The notes under the pieces: generated by a model
What the model saw: the letters and a program-made list of their open reading frames with translations, nothing else
Told to the model about the DNA's origin: nothing
Database searches by the model: none
Position numbers and translations under genes: made by a program
Assembly: GCA_951406725.2 (NCBI GenBank)
Contig: OX597821.1
Span: forward strand, 54,622,001-54,686,000
Direction of reading: 5' to 3'
Source of the DNA: Octopus vulgaris
Lineage: Eukaryota
DNA length: 64,000 nucleotides
Shown here: one piece after another, positions 38,989 through 52,016 of the stretch
Position numbering within the stretch: the stretch's first letter is position 1
Layout: the number at the start of each line of letters is the position of its first letter

Positions 38989-39627
38989 CGATTTGCTCGA
39001 CTAAAGGCAGTGCTCCAGCATGGCCACAGTCAAAATGACTGAAACAAGTAAAAGAGTAAAAGAGTTGTTATTGCTTTTGTTGTTGCTTAGATAAAATTTC
39101 ACTCTGCTTGAGCTGAGACAACATTGTCTGTATAAGACAAAGGCGATTTCGAAGATTTGGCAACTATTTCTAGCAAGTCATATGACGACCATTTAGAGTC
39201 TCTCTTGTTTGCTCATGTTGTTATTGCTATGCAATGTACTCTCCTTATTTAAGATGATTTGACTACTAACCCTCTACAAAGCTCAGGTAAGATCCCCCAA
39301 TGGTGTATTAATTCTACATCTGGGATGCTGCTGCTTAGGAAGCTTCCAGAGAAAGGACACTCAACTGGTTGGCATTAAACTACTTAATATGCACATTTCA
39401 GTCTCTGACCCATAGACCTGATGCCCCTTTCATTTGCCCTTACTATCACTACTGCAGTAGCCACCATTCCTCAGTGATGGATGGTCATGTACTGTCCCCA
39501 TGCAAACGCTCTCAATTCCTTTGTCTGTTCTCCCCATATTTTAGGTGTCTCTGGGCCCAGCTGCTTTACCAAAGAAGCAGATCCCACTCTCATCAAAATA
39601 TGATAACAATATATTAATAATGAACCC

Positions 39628-39937
39628 CAGGCGAAGGTATGTGACTTAGTGGTTAGGGTATTCAGTCCATGATCATAAGGTCACAAGTTCAAATCTCAGC
39701 GATGTGTTGTGTCCATGAGCAAGATGCTTTATTTCACATTGTTCTAGTCCACTCAGCTGGCAAAAATGAGTAGTACCTGCATTTCAAAGGGCCAGCCTTG
39801 TCACATTCTGTCACACTGAATCGCCCTGAGAACTACATTAATGGTACATGTGTCTGTGGAGTGCTCAACCACTTGCATGTTAATTTCACAAGCAGCTTAT
39901 TCTGAAACAGTCATCATCATAACCAATGGAGTGCCAC
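39628..39937 (+). mobile_element. CORE-type tRNA SINE (family C) with TSD
   Basis: tRNA head, gtgtccatgagcaagatgcttt...ccactcagctggcaaaaatgagta core. TSD taatgaaccc at 39618-39627 / 39938-39947. Confidence 0.75.
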
Positions 39938-40301
39938 TAATGAACCCATTGGCCTCTTAACACTTATATTGCTGCACATATAGCACCTACCTTGAGATGA
40001 CACTATCCACAACACTTAGTCTTTTTTACCCAGGACATCAACCCTCTGGAATCACAAATCACTTCCCTTATTTGTCCTGGAGTCAACAATTTTCAAACAA
40101 CTCAAAATGAATATTAACTATGGTTGTCTCACCAGCCTTGGAAGAAGAGTCACAGTTAATGTTCTCTCCATTCCATACAATAACATGACTCATGATTCCA
40201 GAACTTCTAAATGGTTCAATAGAACATACTTTACTAGTTTTCTACTAGCGAACTCTGAACAAATCAATATGGAAATGATCCAGCAAGAAACCCTCTATAT
40301 A

Positions 40302-40797
40302 CAGTTCTATATTTAAGAGATGAGGAATTATGTACTTTATTTATATTATTTGTATTTGACAGATATTTGTCATCATCTTGTTTGTTGTTAACACAACACT
40401 TTGGCTGATATACCCTCCAACCTTCATCAAGTGTCTTGGGGAAATTTTGAACCTAAAGTATTTTTCGATGTTGTTGTTGTTGTTAATAACAATAGCAACA
40501 ACAACAACATCATATTCTTCCTAATATTAGATTTATAAGCCATAAAATTCACCCCATAATTGCCCACAGGCATATGGCGTAGTGGTTAAGAGTGCAGGCT
40601 CTAAACCGAAGATTCCAAGTTCGAATAATAATAATAATAACAGCAACAACAACAATAATGAAAAATACCTTAGGAATGAGAACCCAGGTTCGAAATTTCC
40701 CCAAAACACCTGATGAAGGCTGGAGGGTATATTAGCTGAAACATTATGTTAACAACAAACGAGATGAGGACAAATATCCATCTAATGTAAATATCGT
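40302..40797. mobile_element. Second inverted dimer of the tRNA/hammerhead element
   Basis: Minus arm 40302-~40490, plus arm ~40569-40797 with tRNA head and ACAC-CTGATGA-A-GGCTG..TAGCT-GAAACATT-ATGTT (40706-40750). TSD accctcta(t/c)ata at 40290-40301 / 40798-40809. Confidence 0.8.
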
Positions 40798-41137
40798 ACC
40801 CTCTACATAGTTGATTGATCTGATTGAAATAACAGCTATGAATCCTTCCTAACCACTCTCTGCCACCTTAAAAAAAATAAAGAGAGATACACTGATTGTT
40901 AGCAAGAAAAGGAATTAACAAGTGAGACTCTATATGGTCGCATGATTTGCTAGAAATAGTAGTGAAATCTTCTTCAAAATTACTTGCTATTATCTTAAAT
41001 AAGAAGTCTTAGATCAGAGTTGTATTGTTTCTAAACAACAACAATAAAACTTATCAAAAGAAAAACTTGCTTCATGAAAAGTCTCTGAAGTTAATATAAG
41101 ATATTTAGAATCAGAAATTGAGATAAAACTCTGTATA

Positions 41138-42453
41138 TGAGGGGGTCCCCAAAAGACAGAAATTTTGCATTATTTTATTCTCTTAGTTTTACATGTTTAC
41201 ACTTTTATTGCCTTCAAAGTATTCTCCATTTGAAGCAATGTATCAGTCCAGATATGTTTTCCACTATTTGAAGCCATCCCGAAACTCTTGTGAAGTGATG
41301 TTTTTTAATGCCTCCATTGTTTTTTTCTTCACCTTTTCCACATCTGCAAAACGTTCTCCTCTAAGGACTATTTTCATTCAGGGGAACAAAAAAAATGTCA
41401 CAGGGAGCAAGATCAGGCTAATAGGGAGGGTGGGTAAGTGAGGTCATGCCATTTTTGGAAAAAAATGTCACACACTCAAGTCAGTGTGCACAGGTGCATT
41501 GTCATGAAGAAACTACCACTCTCCACTTTGCTAAAGGTCAAATAATAAAATCACTCTCCACTTTGCTAAAGGTCAGGACATTTTCATTTGCACCATGTCT
41601 CACAAATGCTTCAGAACTGCCAAATAAAATGTCTAGTTAGCAGTTTGACCAGGAGGAGCAAATTCTGTGTGGACATTTCATTTTGCATCAATGAAACAAA
41701 TCAGCATTATTTTGACATTGGACTTCATTTGACATGCTTTTGGGTGGGGTGTGGTAACATTGAATGCTTCCATTGACTTGATTGCTGCTTTGTTTCCAAA
41801 TCATAGCCCTAGCACCAGCTTTCATCACAAGTGATGACCTTTGGAAAACAGCTCGGATTAACTTCCTACTGTTCTTTCAGTTCACGACACACATTCAGTC
41901 ATGAATGCTTTTGTTCTTCTGTGAGTGAGTGAGGTACAAATTTTGCAGCAGTTCTTTTCATTTGTAATTCCTCTCTCAAAATTCGTTGGCAAGAGCTCCA
42001 ATATACACCAGTCATAACAACAAGTTCGTCAATTGTTTGGGCGATGATCCTCTGAGATCAGTTAATTTTCGTGATGTTTTCATTTGTTCAGGAGGTTGAC
42101 AGATGCCCTGAATGAGGTTGGTTTACAAGTGACCATTTTTAAAGTGTGAAAACCACTAGTAAACTTGTGTTTTACTCATAGTAGTGTCCTTGTAATCTGT
42201 TTAAAGCATGACAACTGTTTCAGCCACTGTTTTCCCCAGCAGAAAACAGAAATTCACAGAAGCACAAATTGCTGAACAGGGCAGAAGCACTTCAAAACAA
42301 AACACACCATGTGGCGGTACAACTTCACTCAATGCAACCGGTTGGCAGACTGATGCCTGAGGGTAGCATCAAGTGGCTTCTTGCAGTGGAAGCCTGAACT
42401 ACAATGAGCTTGTCCACAGAGAACGTTTCTGGTTACTTTTGGGTATCCCCTTG
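41138..42453 (-). mobile_element. Full-length (~1.3 kb) decayed mariner
   Basis: TA-flanked TIRs tgagggggtccccaaaag / cttttgggtatccccttg. Minus-strand LTHPPY*PDLAPCD and LRGERFADVE around 41330-41440. Confidence 0.85.
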
Positions 42454-44134
42454 TATACTGCCATGCTTTCATTTATGTCATCCGTCTACTATCCTTTTTC
42501 GAGTACTCACTATAATTTCACTCTAACAGGTGAAATTACCATACTCAACCTTTAAATAGTTTCATCATGATTCCTGTAACATTTATCAAGACACAACTCA
42601 CAAATTCTGATATCTTTTATCCTTCCCTTTACTATTTTGCCGATGTAGTATATACCTGAGCACTTACTTGCCAGTTGCTATTTAAACAGAATACAAAATT
42701 GGTTCCCACTGTCTTTTGTTAGGATTTGTTATAAGACACCATTTTGTTGCCTAGATACAAACAAGTGTTTGTACTAGAGATGATTGGGCACTTAGTACAT
42801 AAAGAACTGCAACAAATGCTGTGTATCATTTTGTCCAAAACTCTAATGATTCTTCCAGTTCACTGCCTAATTCAGATACGTGATTGTGTGGGTGTGTGTT
42901 TATATATCTATATCTCTGTGTGTGTGTATATATATATTTATAGTGAGAGAGAGAGTGATGTATAAATATAAATTGCCATAAAAGGATTCTCATAATTTCA
43001 TCCTTCCTTTTTCTTTCTTCATTCTCTCTTGTCTTTTATCTTCTAAACTTCTCCCCTTTACTTTTTAATTTCTTCCTCTCTTTTTCTTCTTTTTCCAATT
43101 TATTTTCTTCCTGTCTTCTATCTCTCCAAATATCCTCTTTGATGCGTTTTACCTCCTATGAGGCATTATATTTATGACCTTTGCCCAAGATACTTTCAAT
43201 CAAGCATTAACATCACCTTGTTCTGACTCTATGCATGGTCTGAAAATCACATTTTTAGGACCACTTTTAGAACAGTTTCCAGAACAATTTTCAAATCCTT
43301 TTGTTTCTTTATCTTAGTAGCACAGGGGAAATATTTACAGCTATATATAATTTATAGAGTTATGATCTATGATCCATGAAATTCTTCTTAAAATTGAAAT
43401 AAGCTTGCTCTTATATTTTGCTCAGACTTTCTCATCTTACACAAGACTTCACAAAGTAGTTTTAAAAAAAAAACAACTGGGTTCCTCACCCAATTGTCTC
43501 TTCAAGATATCTCTGCCACCCACCATCTAACCACAGTATTCTGCTGCTGCAATTGAATATTAGCAGATCTGCAAACTTCACCAACTTTTCACTGATACCA
43601 CTTATTTTTCACTCAAAATCTTATCCTTCATTCATAATACTATCTTCTTCATCCATATTTTACATTGATCATCCTCTTGAACCATCAAGTTATCTCTCCT
43701 TCTCCATCACATCTATTATGCCCGCCTCTCCCACAGCACTCTTCCAACCTACCCAACTTTCACCTCTTCCCTTTTCTCTCTCTCCCCTTTCTCTTTACCC
43801 CCCTCTCTCTGACACCCTCTCATCCTTCCTATGTCTACTGTATCATTATTACAAATCTGCTTCTCTTCTTCATCCCATTTTTCTGCTCTCAACTTGAGTG
43901 TTCCCTCATACAGAGTATTACACATTTAACTTGAGTGTGCCTTGAAAGGAAATATACTCAACTTATATTGTTTATGCTTAGTTGTCAAATAACAGTTAAG
44001 CAGGTCTAGGATCAAAGGTGTTCCAACCATGAACATCCAGTAGTTATATGTAGAATTATATTATTCAATGTCTTTTCCTTAGTTACAATGATACATGTGA
44101 TTGCAGAGGAATTTCGACCCATAAGCCTACTATT

Positions 44135-46490
44135 CAGATAGTATCAATATCTGTCAGTGGTCTACTTATTCAGAGAAAGTCTTACTCTTCAGGTAGTGGT
44201 GAAAAAATATGGAAGCCTACCTCTCCAGATAATACCAAGACCCATCAGAGATCTAGCACTCCAGCGTGTCAACATCCATCAGAGATCTACCACTTCAGAC
44301 CACATCAATACCCATCAGAGATCTGTCTCTTTGGATAGTGTTGCTAAATTTCACATGTCTACCACTCTGGATAATATCAAATATATATCTTGTCAAATAT
44401 TTAACTCATCAGATAATGTTGACAACCAGTAGACATCTACATTTGAGACAGTGCAGATGATCATATTATACCTCAGATAGTGCTGACATCCTTCAAAGAT
44501 CTATCTCTTCAGAAAGTGTTGACACCTTTCAAATGTCTACTTTTTTGACAAACATCAGACATCTACCCTTCAAAGTATTGCATTCTATCCAAGGTTTACC
44601 TTCTTCAGAGAGAGTTAATACACATGAAATATCTACTTATTCCAATAGTGTCAGCACAACTCAGAGTGGTATCTCTTCAGATTGTGTCAACAACCGTCAG
44701 ATACTTCATAAGATAATGTCAACACATATCAGAAGTCCACTTCTCTAGATACTGTTGACATTTATCAAAGGTCTACCTCTTTAGCTAGTATCAGTACCCA
44801 TTACTGAGTAATACTTCAAATATAGATGATGCTCAACAAAGGACCACCTGTTCCTATAGTGTTAATAACTATGAGAGTTCTACCCCTGATAGTATCAAAT
44901 AATCAACCACTTCAGATAATGTTGACAAATATCAGAAGCCTCCAAAAACAAAATCAAATGTCATTCCCAAGCCATAGGCTCATAAGACCAGTTTCCTTGA
45001 TTCTGTAGTGTATATAATACCAACTGGCCAGGATGTCAGTCCATACAGGAGAACTCAATTTTGCTACCTGACTAAATGGCGCAACATGAACTGTTTTACT
45101 CAAGACAACACAGCATTTCCTGATCCATAATTTAAGCTGCAATCTTGCAATGATAAGTGCAATACCCTAACCACTAAGCCATGTGTCTTTGTATCAGAGG
45201 CTTTACTCTACAGATTTTAAGGTGTGGCTCTTCGGTGTCAACATCTCTCAGACATGTTCAGTTAATTTCAACACTCCTCAGACAATATTGACAACACATC
45301 AGGAATTTAATTGTTTTAATAGTCCTAAAACCCATCAGAAATCTACCATCTACCTTTATCCATAACATAGCCACCCATCAAAGGTGGTCTGCGTATATAA
45401 ATAATGCTGACAATGCCAGATGGTGTCTACACATTAGATGATGTCAACAGCCATCGTTTACTTCTTCACTTAGACTCCAGTCAGGCACCTTAGAAGGTGT
45501 TGATGGCCATCAGAAACCTCCTCCTTCAGATAGTGTAGACACTCATCAGAAGTCTGCCTGTTTAAAATACCAGTCAGAGGTATATTTTTTCTGATAGTGT
45601 CAACACACATTAGAAGAGGTCTAGCTCTTGAAACAGATAACCACTTGCATCAAAGATTTACCCTTACTTGTATTGCTGATGCCAAAACATTCAAATAGAG
45701 TAGGAACCCATCAGAGGTTTTACACAAGATAGTATTAAAATACAACAGAGGTGTACCTCTTCAGAGAACACTGACACCTATCTTAGAACTACCTCTTCAG
45801 ATAGAGCTGGTGCCCATTATAGATGGTCTACTACTTTGGATAATGTCGATATGTATCAAAGTTATATTTCTTCAGGTTTATAGTTACTTTGGTACTAATC
45901 AGAATTATAGCACTTCTGTTCAGATAGTATCAAAACCCATCAGAGTTTTATGTTCCTATGTAGTATCTACATCCATCAGTGATCTACCTCTTGAGATAGT
46001 GCCTACACCCACCAGAGCTCTGCTTCCTGAGAAAATGTTGACTCCCATGCAAGGCTTGCCTCTTCAAATATTCTTGGTACCCATCAGACGAGGTCTTCTT
46101 CTTCAGATTATCATCACACCCCAGAGTACTACTTCTCCAGGTATCATCATCATCTCCCAAGTTAGTATTGACACCCAATGGAGATGAACTGCTTCAAACA
46201 GTATTAGCATCCATCAGAGGCCTACTTACCTTTTCAGAAAGTGCTAACATCCAGCTGAAGTCTACCTCTTCAGATCAAGGCAACACCCATCAAAGGCCTA
46301 CTTGTACAGAGTGTGTTAACATCCATCAAAAATGTACTTCCTTAAATGATGTCAATATCTTTTAAAGTTTTACCTCTTCAGAGGGCTACTTTATCAGATA
46401 GTGTCAATACCCACCAGAGATATATATAACCCTTCAGATAGTGTTGTCACCCACGAAAAGTCAAATCTTAAGATAGTATTGATGTCTGCT
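44135..46490. repeat. Ancient decayed ~36-bp tandem array (consensus ~tcagatagtgtcaacacccatcagaggtctacctct), interrupted by a SINE at ~44950-45190
   Basis: Recurrent cagatagt.., acccatcaga and tctacctcttcag at ~36-nt spacing. Confidence 0.8.
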
Positions 46491-46761
46491 AAAAGAGTTC
46501 TACTTCTTGGTTTAGTGTACAGTCCATACTTATCAAAGCATATCTTTACAATATAAACATTCATTATAAACGAAACATTGATTCCTAAATACTGACAGTG
46601 TAACAGATTTTGTGAGTGGAAACTGACCTCAGTAATCCATTGGTGGTTGCCTAGATATATTGTGCATGGAAATTAATTTGGGAGGGTTACAACTGGAATA
46701 CCTTTGATGATTGGTTTACTTAATCTAGGCTGACTTTGAATTAAACAGATTGTTACATATC

Positions 46762-46998
46762 TGTTTCTTTATTACCCACAAGGGGCTAAACATAGAGGGG
46801 ACAAACAAAGACAAACAAACGGATTAAGTCGATTACATCGACCCCAGTGCGTAACTGGTATTTAATTTATCGACCCCGAAAGGATGAAAGGCAAAGTCTA
46901 CCTCGGCGGAATTTGAACTCAGAACGTAGCGGGCAGACGAAATATCGCTTAGCATTTCGCTCGGCGTGCTAACGTTTCTGCCAGCTCGCCGCCGTGGC
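46762..46998 (-). mobile_element. Young family B SINE with TSD
   Basis: Reverse complement of 24695-24930. TSD gattg(t/c)tacatatc at 46748-46761 / 46999-47012. Confidence 0.88.
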
Positions 46999-47229
46999 GA
47001 TTGCTACATATCATCTAGTTTGACACCAGCTCCTCTCCCTTGGTGGTTCACTTGTTGGACCAGGTGTCTGATTACATGATAATTTCCTGAACCCTTTCTG
47101 AGCTACCAGTCACAGAGTCCCTGATAAAACATACTGAAGCTGCTCTTCCTCTTGTGAGGGCAACAATTTTTTATTTCCACATATAGCAATATTCTTTAAT
47201 AAATGAACTGACGTAATTCTTTTCCTTTT

Positions 47230-47885
47230 TATTTATTTCAGTCATTGGACTGCGGCCATGTGGGAGCACCTCGTCGAAGGGTTCAGTCAAACAAAGCTAC
47301 CTCAAGTACTTATTTTTGAAGCTTGTACTTACTCTATAGGTCACTTTTGCTAACATAAACAAACTAACTGAAGCTCCGGCGTCTGGCGACGGACTTGGTA
47401 AACACCCACAAAGTTATCAACCACCTCACCAACAACAACACTGAACACCTTTTTGATCTCCATGTGTCCAACACACGTGGACATGCCTACAAAGTCAGAA
47501 AACAACACAGCTCCCATGACTTTCGGAAACATTTTTTCACGCTCAGAGTTGCTGAAGCATGGAATAAACTGCCTGCGTCAGTTGTTGACTGCCATGGCAC
47601 TGCATCCTTTAAGGCCCTCATGCTTTCCGAAATCCGCCGAAACTACACCTGATTATATATACACTTTAGATGAGTTGTAGTGCACCTGAGCACTGTACAC
47701 AATTATTATTATTATAACACAGGTTGTCAAGTGGTGGTGGAGGACACACACACACAACACACATAAATGAGCGCGCACGGTGGGCTTCTTTCAGTTTTCT
47801 TCAACCAAATCCACAAGGCTTCAGTCGATCTGAAGCTGTAGTAGAAGTCACTTGCCCAAGGTGCCGCACGGTGGAATTGAACTAA
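47230..47885 (-). mobile_element. Family A SINE interrupted by a CR1 fragment
   Basis: SINE halves at ~47230-47368 and ~47715-47885. Confidence 0.7.
47369..47714 (+). mobile_element. 5'-truncated CR1/L2-group LINE 3' end
   Basis: LRRLATDLVNTHKVI...NTRGHAYKVRK...RKHFFTLRVAEAWNKLP..VV...FK, then (ATT)n tail. Confidence 0.88.
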
Positions 47886-47959
47886 TAACAAACAAATACA
47901 TTTGCAATTATTATATTTTTTAAAATTTTTAATTACTATAAAATTATTATATTTTTCAG

Positions 47960-48110
47960 TACGGTAAATATCGCGTTTTTTGCCCATTATAATACGGAAT
48001 CACCATGGCGACTTATGTTAGCTCCCACTCCGAAGTCAATGTGAAGTGTAAGGGAAATAACTCCTTAGATTTTGGTTTCCAATTCACTGTGTTAAACGTA
48101 AGGTGAATTC
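47960..48110. promoter_or_regulatory. Candidate promoter / first-exon region at the edge of a CpG-richer domain
   Basis: Non-repeat CpG-containing sequence with YY1-like CCATGGCG, minus-strand GTCGCCATG|GTGATT (48003) and motif AAGGGAAATAACTC (also at ~51896). Confidence 0.3.
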
Positions 48111-48784
48111 CCTCAACATTTTAGCTGACGAACTGGCAAATTTGCGAATGTGTCGAACAGAAGAATAGGTAATATTTCTACAGCTTTCTGAGGTCAAATA
48201 CTGACATGGTCAACTTCGTCTTTCATTTTCCTGGGTGTTCATAAATATAATAGCAATCGTGTAGTGCACCAACTCCTTTCTCTCACTCTCTGTCTCTATC
48301 TCTCTTTTCTTCCAACCCTCTCTGTCTCTCTCTTGGGGCTGGATACATAGCGCTGAGAAAAATTAAAGGGAAACCACTCACACTTTCTTTTTATTTTTAC
48401 TCTATAAATAATGAAGTTGGAGGGAGCGATTTCAAATTGCCCCACCAGCGTACACTCCCGATTACTTGAATTCGATATCAGAGTACTGGAGTGGGTAGGA
48501 TGAAATCGATTTCAGATTACCGTCGGAATTAATCTGAAATCGATTTCATTCACACGTCTGTGATTTGAGATTCACCGCCTCAAACGCATGCTCAAATGTT
48601 CCTCACCCTAGTGGTAAATAAACGAATTATGATGTTTGTCCGTATCATTGTTATAATTATTTTTATCTGTAACTTATAGTAACTATCAATAAGTGTATAA
48701 ATAGTTTGTTTCGTGTATAAATATATATCGTTTGATTTTTAAGCGAATAAATATTATTTCCTTTTGCATATATATACTCATTGT

Positions 48785-49180
48785 GGATCTTTTCGGTTTG
48801 AACGGCAGTTTTTTAAAATAATTTCCGCGTAACTAAACACTTTTAAACTTCGTATACTGGTAGAATGTGTTTCTCTTGACTTTATTGAGAAAATTCTATA
48901 GTTTGTAAGATATTTGTTGTTGTTTTCTTCAATTTCTGCAATTTCAACCAATCAATGACGTCTATTGAGGTGAAAACATTCTGTGCCGTATGAATACGTC
49001 CCTCGTTTAAGAAACAGATTGGGTTTATCTACATTTCTGAAGAAAAAAAGATACCCTTTCCCCCACCTCTAACCCTAAAACAGATTGAAATGCAATAGAT
49101 CGATACTAGGGTCATAATTATGGGTGACAATTTCATATGACACAGCTAGAAAAAAACTGCCGTTCAAACCGAAAAGATCC
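48785..49180. mobile_element. MITE with ~30-bp perfect TIRs and probable 8-bp TSD
   Basis: ggatcttttcggtttgaacggcagtttttt / aaaaaactgccgttcaaaccgaaaagatcc. Flanks ctcattgt / ctcagtgc. Confidence 0.88.
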
Positions 49181-49849
49181 CTCAGTGCTACATATGGGAC
49201 ATTGTGTAAATATGCAGGAAGTTTTTAGCGCAAATATCCTAAGTTGGCAGCTCGTGTGTTGGGAGTTCAGTTATCTGTCTGGAAAGAGGTGAGTCATGTG
49301 AAGAAGTCGGCCGCTCTCAGCGCTCTGCAATGAGTTTAGGTGCCAAACGGTATTTTATGGAGTGAAAAGAGGTTAGAATTTTGGCTATCAAAGAAACCAT
49401 ATCACACCACAGTTACATGCTGATTAGTCGATTTATTGACCAATCACGTGAAACTGTGGTGACTCCCGCGTGACACCTAACCGAGTATTTAGTAGTTAGG
49501 ATTCGAATCACCAAGCTATGAACATAAGTTGTAAGCGTTAGAACTTATCATTTTAGTGAAATTAGATATGGAATAATACAGATAGTGAAATGGTACTTTG
49601 CAAGCGGGTTCAAGTTGCCCCCAGGGGAAATCTGAAATCGATTTCAGATCACCGGAGGGGAAACTTGAACTGGGTGGAGATAACTTGAAGTAATTGTCTA
49701 CACCAGGAGAAACCAGCAGCTTCATGTCAGAGAAAAGCTGATATGTCACTGAAACTGTTGTAGGATTGTCCAATTAGGGGAGTATCACAAAGAACAAATA
49801 GTCGAGAATTTAATAATCTGAATTTCTAAAATTTATCTATTTATACTTG

Positions 49850-50660
49850 TCTCAGATTTTAGCACAAGGCTAGCAATTTAGGGGGCAGGGGCTAGTCGAT
49901 TGCATCAACACCAGGGCTCAACTGGTACTTATTTTATCAACCTTGGAAAAATGAAAGGCAAAATCGACCTCAGCGGAATATGAAATCAAGACATAAAGAC
50001 GGATGAAATGCCGCTAAGCATTTTGCCTTGCTTGCAAACGATTCTGTCAGCTCACTGCTTTTTTTTTTTTTTTTTTATCTATTTTCATTGTATTTACTGC
50101 ATCAGCAGAGATTCTGCTACATGTATCATTTAATCTGTTATTCTTTTTTTATTTAAGGGGCACCACATTTAAGGGTTTTAGACGAACAAATAGACCCCAG
50201 GATATTTTTAAAGCCTGGTACTTATTTTATCGATCTGTTTTGCTCAAACCAGTGGTTCGGAAAAAGAGATCGATTTGATGGAGAGAGTATGCTAAAGAAC
50301 AGCACGTACATATGATCACTATAAACAAATCGTTTGTGCAGGTCGTTCGGTAAAAGCTGAGCACCCATACGTCATCTTCGACGGAAGAGTCCATCATCAT
50401 CATCATTATCATCACCATCTTCATCATTATCATTGTTAAGGCAGCGAGTTGGCAGAATCATTAGCATGCCGGGCAAAATGCTTAGCAGCATTTCGTCCAT
50501 CTTTACGTTCTGAGTTCAAATTCCGCCGAGGTCGACTTTGCCTTTCATCTTTTCGAGGTTTAAGGAATAAGTACCAGTCACACACTTGGGTCGACGTAAT
50601 CCACTGGTCCTTCTCCCCAAATTTTAGGCCTTGAACATATAATAGAAAGGATTATTACTA
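49850..50660. mobile_element. Oppositely oriented family B SINEs (49850-50060 minus; 50440-50660 plus) with the alternative short tail
   Basis: Shared head and Meta-like domain; tail ccccaaattttaggccttg..agaaaggattatta. Confidence 0.75.
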
Positions 50661-50774
50661 TTATTATTATTATTATTGTTAGGATTCAGCTGATAGTAGG
50701 ATTCATGTGAGACAGATCTAACTATCAGCTTAATCCACCGTGAAGATCACCCCACCATCTTCTTTTAACCGGAA

Positions 50775-51170
50775 TGTGCAGGCGGTTTTTATATATGTGG
50801 TGGCCATGGAAAAAGATGACGCGATTGAAGGGGCTCGAGACAAACACCTATCTTTTTTAACCAATCACTCATCAACATCTTGAAGAAGAAAATAAAAGTG
50901 GAGCGGGAAGTGTTACCTTTCAGCCACTTTGTTGAAAGGTTAATAAGAGTGGCGAGCATGGGTCGAGTGAACGGGACTACCCTGAGCAAACCCCTCTGTA
51001 AATTGGAGATAAAGAAATGAGAGAAGCCGCTTGCCCTAGAAGTCGGAGCACCTGTGGTTTTATGAAGTTTTTCCATGAGTAACCCATGAACGTTTTCTTT
51101 ATGTCGAGGAATTCTCATCGTTAAAATGCTATTGATGCCGCCTTTTTTTTTCTTTTTCATTATTGTTAAA
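50775..51170 (+). mobile_element. 3' end of a Tx1/L1-like LINE ORF2
   Basis: Plus-strand LINILKKKIKVEREVLPFSHFVERLIRVASMGRVNG resembles the Tx1-clade ORF2 C-terminus. Confidence 0.45.
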
Positions 51171-51239
51171 TCTGTTTACACGCAAAACCCAAACACTAAT
51201 TTCGCACAAATACAAACACACTCAATATTTTGTCCTACG

Positions 51240-51423
51240 CATTTCGTCCGTCTTTATAGATCTGAGTTCAAATTCTGGCGAGTTCCATTTTATCTTTCAT
51301 GCTTTCGGGGTCGATTAAATATGTACCAGGGTCGATGTAATGGACTTAATACCTTACCCCCGATTTGAGGTCTTGTGCTTCCAGGAGAAAGAATTATTAT
51401 CATTATTATCATTATTATTATTA

Positions 51424-51476
<53 letters not shown>

Positions 51477-51719
51477 GTTATTATTAATAGCTGGCAAAAA
51501 CGTTAGCACGCCGGGCGAAGTGCTTCGCGGTATTTCGTCGCAGCTACGTTCTGAGTTCAAATTCCGCCGAGGTCGAGGTCGACTTTGCCTTTCATCCTTT
51601 TGGGGTCGATAAATTATGTATCAGTTACGCACTGGGTTCGATGTAATCGACTTAATCCGTTTGTCTTTCCTTGTTTGTCCCCTCTATGTTTTGCCCCTTG
51701 TGGGTAATAAAGAAACAAA

Positions 51720-51720
<1 letters not shown>
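51240..51720 (+). mobile_element. Two family B SINE copies separated by (ATT)n
   Basis: gagttcaaattc..ctttcat..ggggtcgat twice; the second copy has the Tx1-like tail. Confidence 0.75.
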
Positions 51721-51752
<32 letters not shown>

Positions 51753-52016
51753 GAGGCACGCAGTTTCTGTCTTATTTGAACTTTGGTATAAAATTAGGCA
51801 TATGGAAAGAATGAAAGTAAACTAATGTACTTAAATACGATGTTAAATTGTCGGACACAGTAACTGGAAATTGTAGGTAAAAAGTTTAACTTTACAAGGG
51901 AAATAACTCTAGAAAAAGCAAGAGTAACTTCCCTTAAAATCTGTCGCGTTGAAAAATCTATTGTTTATATTAATATAAAAGGTTGTTAGGCTGCAAGCTG
52001 GCTGAAACGCCAGCAC

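Noticed and set aside
44135-46490. CRISPR array
   Set aside because: Eukaryotic context; contiguous degenerate tandem units without unique spacers or cas genes
50789-51160. 123-aa minus-strand ORF
   Set aside because: Antisense to a probable Tx1-like ORF2 end; no recognisable domain
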